From contig JARRQT010000005.1 of the NCBI GenBank assembly GCA_037381445.1, forward strand, positions 1 to 29,968: 29,968 nt of DNA, written 5' to 3'. The notes below the pieces were generated by a model. The model saw only the letters and a program-made list of their open reading frames with translations, ran no database searches and had not been told where the DNA came from. Source of the DNA: Calditrichia bacterium. Its GTDB lineage: Bacteria; Calditrichota; Calditrichia; RBG-13-44-9. Position numbers and translations under genes: made by a program. Below, piece after piece: positions 26,328 to 29,968 of this stretch. How positions within the stretch are numbered: the first letter of the stretch is position 1; every line of letters starts with the position of its first letter.

Positions 26328-28526
26328 ATGCCGGCGAAAAAAGAAAAATTAGATAAAAAGAAACGTGTAAAGGAATCAGGAAAGCAGCGGATTTTATCGG
26401 ATTACATCCGGGACGTCTCAGAGATCAGCGATGTGCGTGCCGGAATTCCCCTGCCGCTGGGAACCCAGCAGCGCGGGGATGGCGTCAATTTTGCAATTTT
26501 CAGCAGAAGCGCCGAAAGGGTCTGGCTGGAGTTTTATGATGAACCCGGAGATGAAAAAGCAGCCAGGGTGATTGAACTGGATCCCAGCCATAACAGGACT
26601 GGGGACGTCTGGCACGTATGGGTCAAGGGCGTCCGGCCCAGCCAGTTATACGCCTACCGCCTGGACGGTCCCTATGAACCGGAGAACGGTCTTCGTTTCA
26701 ATAAAAACAAACTTATTCTCGATCCCCTGGCAACTGCCATAACACACGCCAAGGATTGGGATTTCGGAGCCGCCCGGGGATACGACAGCAATTCCCGCCG
26801 AAAAGATCTTTCATTTTCCAAATCCGATGATGCGGACGCCATGCCCAAATGTGTCTACACCCATGAACATTTTCACTGGAAAAATGATCAGCCGCCCCGC
26901 CATTCCTGGTCAGATACCGTGATCTACGAAACCCATGTGCGCGGCTGTACCATTCATTCCAGCTCCGGCGTCGAACACCCGGGGACCTACCGCGGACTGA
27001 CGGAAAAGATTCCGTACTTTAAATATTTGGGGATCACAGCCATCGAATTAATGCCGGTTATGGAATTCAATGAAACTGAAAATCCGCGGAAGAATCCCGA
27101 TACGGGAGAGCCGCTCAAAAATTACTGGGGGTACGATCCAGTCACCTTTCTGGCTCCCAAAGGCTCCTACGGCAGCAGCGGCAGCCGGGGCCAGCAGAAA
27201 CTGGAATTCAAGGAAATGGTAAAGACGTTCCACCAGGCCGGAATAGAAGTAATTCTGGATGTGGTGCTGAATCACACAGCGGAGGGAAACGAATTCGGGC
27301 CCACCCTTTCATTCCGGGGCATTGAAAATCCCATCTATTATATGCTGGATGAAAATGACCGCAGGTATTATAAAGATTACACGGGCACCGGGAATACCTT
27401 CAATGCCAATCATCCGGTGGTGAGAAATCTGATTCTGGATATTCTCCGTTACTGGGCCATGGAATTGCACGTGGACGGTTTTCGTTTCGATCTGGCATCC
27501 GTGCTGGGAAGAGATATTCACGGCAATCTGCTCTCCAATCCGCCGCTGCTGGAGCAGATCGCAGAGGACCCCATCCTCCGGGATATAAAGATAATTGCGG
27601 AGGCCTGGGATGCGGGCGGCGCCTATCAGGTGGGAAGTTTTTCAGAGAAGCGCTGGGCGGAATGGAACGGCCGCTACCGGGATGACGTTCGCCGTTTCTG
27701 GCGAGGTGATCCGGGTATGATGGGGGCTTTTGCCAGCCGGATTTGCGGCAGCGAAGACATCTACCAGCATTCCGGAAAAGGGCCGGAAAGCAGCATTAAT
27801 TTCGTTACCTGTCACGATGGATTCACCCTCAACGATCTGGTGAGTTATGAGAAAAAGCATAATGAAGCCAACGGACATGAAAACCGTGACGGCAGCGATT
27901 CGAATTACAGCGCCAATTACGGACAGGAAGGTCCTGCGGATGACCCGGAAATCGAAAAAATCCGCATCCGCCAGATTAAAAATTTTTTACTGACACTATT
28001 TATTTCCAGAGGGATACCCATGCTGCTGGGCGGGGATGAATGCCGCCGAACCCAGCAGGGTAATAACAACGCATATTGCCAGGACAATGAGATCAGTTGG
28101 TATAACTGGAATCTTCTGGAGAAAAATCGGGAAATTTACCGCTTCGCCGCCGGCATGATCCAATTCCGTAGGGAGCATGAGATTTTCCGGAGGGAGGAAT
28201 TCTATTCAGAACAGAACGTCCGCTGGTTCAATCCCGTTGGGTCCGCCCCGGATTGGAGCGATTCCAGTGCAAAATGCCTCGGTATGCTGGTTCTCGAGCC
28301 GGATTCAGCAAATTATTACCTGATCTTTAATGCCTCGGAAATAGAAGCAAAATTCAATTTGCCCGCTTCCTCAAACAATAATCCATGGCGGCTGACCGTC
28401 GATACGTCCCTGCCTACCCCGAATGATTTCCATGAAAGCGGCAAAGAACAGGAGCTCGAGGACAAAGAGACCTATACGGCAAGGCCCTATTCCGCGGTCA
28501 TTTTGCTGGCCCGAAACAACTCATAA
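26328..28526 (+). CDS. glgX: Glycogen debranching enzyme/isoamylase (GH13 with N-terminal CBM48)
   Basis: GVNFAIFS, IYETHVRG, NYWGYDP, DVVLNHT, DGFRFDLA (nucleophile), IAEAWD (acid/base), FVTCHDGFTL, QQGNNNAYCQDN. Confidence 0.97.
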   Translation: MPAKKEKLDKKKRVKESGKQRILSDYIRDVSEISDVRAGIPLPLGTQQRGDGVNFAIFSRSAERVWLEFYDEPGDEKAARVIELDPSHNRTGDVWHVWVKGVRPSQLYAYRLDGPYEPENGLRFNKNKLILDPLATAITHAKDWDFGAARGYDSNSRRKDLSFSKSDDADAMPKCVYTHEHFHWKNDQPPRHSWSDTVIYETHVRGCTIHSSSGVEHPGTYRGLTEKIPYFKYLGITAIELMPVMEFNETENPRKNPDTGEPLKNYWGYDPVTFLAPKGSYGSSGSRGQQKLEFKEMVKTFHQAGIEVILDVVLNHTAEGNEFGPTLSFRGIENPIYYMLDENDRRYYKDYTGTGNTFNANHPVVRNLILDILRYWAMELHVDGFRFDLASVLGRDIHGNLLSNPPLLEQIAEDPILRDIKIIAEAWDAGGAYQVGSFSEKRWAEWNGRYRDDVRRFWRGDPGMMGAFASRICGSEDIYQHSGKGPESSINFVTCHDGFTLNDLVSYEKKHNEANGHENRDGSDSNYSANYGQEGPADDPEIEKIRIRQIKNFLLTLFISRGIPMLLGGDECRRTQQGNNNAYCQDNEISWYNWNLLEKNREIYRFAAGMIQFRREHEIFRREEFYSEQNVRWFNPVGSAPDWSDSSAKCLGMLVLEPDSANYYLIFNASEIEAKFNLPASSNNNPWRLTVDTSLPTPNDFHESGKEQELEDKETYTARPYSAVILLARNNS

Positions 28527-28547
28527 AAGATAGCAGGAGAAAAAATC

Positions 28548-29968
28548 ATGAATGTTAAAGAACATTTTCCAAATCTTCCCGAACGAATCAGCGGTTTGGG
28601 TAGGCTGGCCTATAATCTATGGTGGAGCTGGAATCCTTCGGCCAGACAGCTCTTCCGGATGCTCGATCTGCAGAGCTGGCGGGAGAGCGAACACAATCCG
28701 ATTCGCATGCTGACTCTGCTGCCGGATGAAATATTGAAAAAAATCGCTGAAGATGCGGCATTTCTGAAGCGCTATGATGCGATCATGGAATGCTTTGAGC
28801 AACAAACCACCTCCGGCCAAGGTTGGTTCTCCGATACCTTTGTTGAAACCGATAAAACGATAGCCTATTTTTCAGCGGAATACGGTCTGCACAGCTCCCT
28901 TCCCCTGTATGCCGGGGGGCTGGGTATTCTGGCAGGGGACTATATAAAGGAATGCAGCGATTTGGGAATTCCTGTGGTCGCCGTGGGCCTGATTTACTCC
29001 CGCGGATATGTATGGCAGCGGATCGCTGAAAACGGCATGCAGCAAGACATGGAAAAAACGCTCGATCGCATTCATGATCCCATACTGCCGGTCTTGGATC
29101 AAGACGGAAACCAACTGGTTGTTCAGGTACCCATTTTCGATCCTCCCGTCCATGTGACTGTATGGAAAGCGGAAGTCGGCCGCGTCACCCTGTATTTGAT
29201 GGAAACTGACATTGATGCCAATCAGCCCTGGGATCGGGCCATTGCCCATCATTTATATGCCACCAATCCGGAGCAGCGGCTGCGGCAGGAAATTGTGCTG
29301 GGCATGGGCGGAATGCGGGTACTGCAGACGCTTGGTATTCAGCCATCAATCGTTCATATTAACGAGGGACATCCAGCCCTTGCTGCGCTGGAAAGGATGC
29401 GAAGCGGAATAGAGAACCGGCAAAGTTTTGGTGACGCGCTTCGCGAGATACAGGAAACCACCGTCTTCACGACACACACCCCGCTTCCGGCAGGAACCGA
29501 TATTTTCTCTTTTCAATTGATGGAAAAATATTTCTCACATTACCTGAACCAGATGGGCATCGATTCCAAAAAACTTTTGCAGTTAGGAACCAATCCGCAA
29601 GATACGGGCGCTGGATTCAATATGACTGTTTTTGCGCTTCGCACATCCAGCTACCGCAATGCGGTGAGTAAGCGGCATGGAGAGGTCGCCCGAAAAATGT
29701 GGTCCGGTATTTGGCCGGAAAAACAGGAAAATGAGGTTCCCATTCAGGCCATCACCAATGGCGTCCATCTGTCCACCTGGCTGGAACCACTGCGGTTCCA
29801 GCGGCTCCTGGACAAATATTTGGGTAATGAGTGGGTATCGAAACAGGATCAGCCGGGATTTTGGGACAAAATCGATCAGATTCCGGACCGCGAATTATGG
29901 CATCTTCACCAGGATATGAAGGCCAGGTTGATAGATGAAATCAATGAGCGGGCCAGAAGCCGCTGGCA
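28548..29968 (+). CDS. glgP: Alpha-glucan (glycogen) phosphorylase, GT35, 3'-truncated by window edge; absent from the ORF track
   Basis: AGGAG RBS; MNVKEHFPNLPERISGLGRLAYNLWWSW, AYFSAEYGLH, YAGGLGILAGD, RLRQEIVLGMGG, HINEGH, FTTHTP, ITNGVH, in one frame that runs to the window end. Confidence 0.96.
   Translation, partial: MNVKEHFPNLPERISGLGRLAYNLWWSWNPSARQLFRMLDLQSWRESEHNPIRMLTLLPDEILKKIAEDAAFLKRYDAIMECFEQQTTSGQGWFSDTFVETDKTIAYFSAEYGLHSSLPLYAGGLGILAGDYIKECSDLGIPVVAVGLIYSRGYVWQRIAENGMQQDMEKTLDRIHDPILPVLDQDGNQLVVQVPIFDPPVHVTVWKAEVGRVTLYLMETDIDANQPWDRAIAHHLYATNPEQRLRQEIVLGMGGMRVLQTLGIQPSIVHINEGHPALAALERMRSGIENRQSFGDALREIQETTVFTTHTPLPAGTDIFSFQLMEKYFSHYLNQMGIDSKKLLQLGTNPQDTGAGFNMTVFALRTSSYRNAVSKRHGEVARKMWSGIWPEKQENEVPIQAITNGVHLSTWLEPLRFQRLLDKYLGNEWVSKQDQPGFWDKIDQIPDRELWHLHQDMKARLIDEINERARSRW

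Overview
Chromosomal window from a probable FCB-group bacterium. A T9SS-type C-terminal-domain remnant and a propeller/Y_Y_Y sensor point that way; Calditrichota-like is only a guess. In order: two tandem paralogous MacAB-TolC-type ABC exporter modules, the first carrying a GxxExxY nuclease-fold gene bracketed by nested inverted 9-mer repeats; a DUF169 gene; a triplicated beta-helix lipoprotein; a non-canonical ZIP transporter; an intact Ni-CODH operon (cooF-cooS-cooC-FAD/NAD oxidoreductase) with no CO sensor gene in the window; an arsenic operon (arsR, ArsP-type permease, small ORF, arsC, thioredoxin-like); a kinase-less propeller-Y_Y_Y-TM-AraC sensor followed by two DUF4097 paralogs; an orphan T9SS-CTD fragment; and glgX-glgP, with glgP running off the end. 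The strongest candidates for something new are the GxxExxY/nonamer-palindrome element with its gene-less copies, the CODH operon with the adjacent altered ZIP, and the one-component sensor-DUF4097 module. All calls are by eye from motifs; no searches were run.
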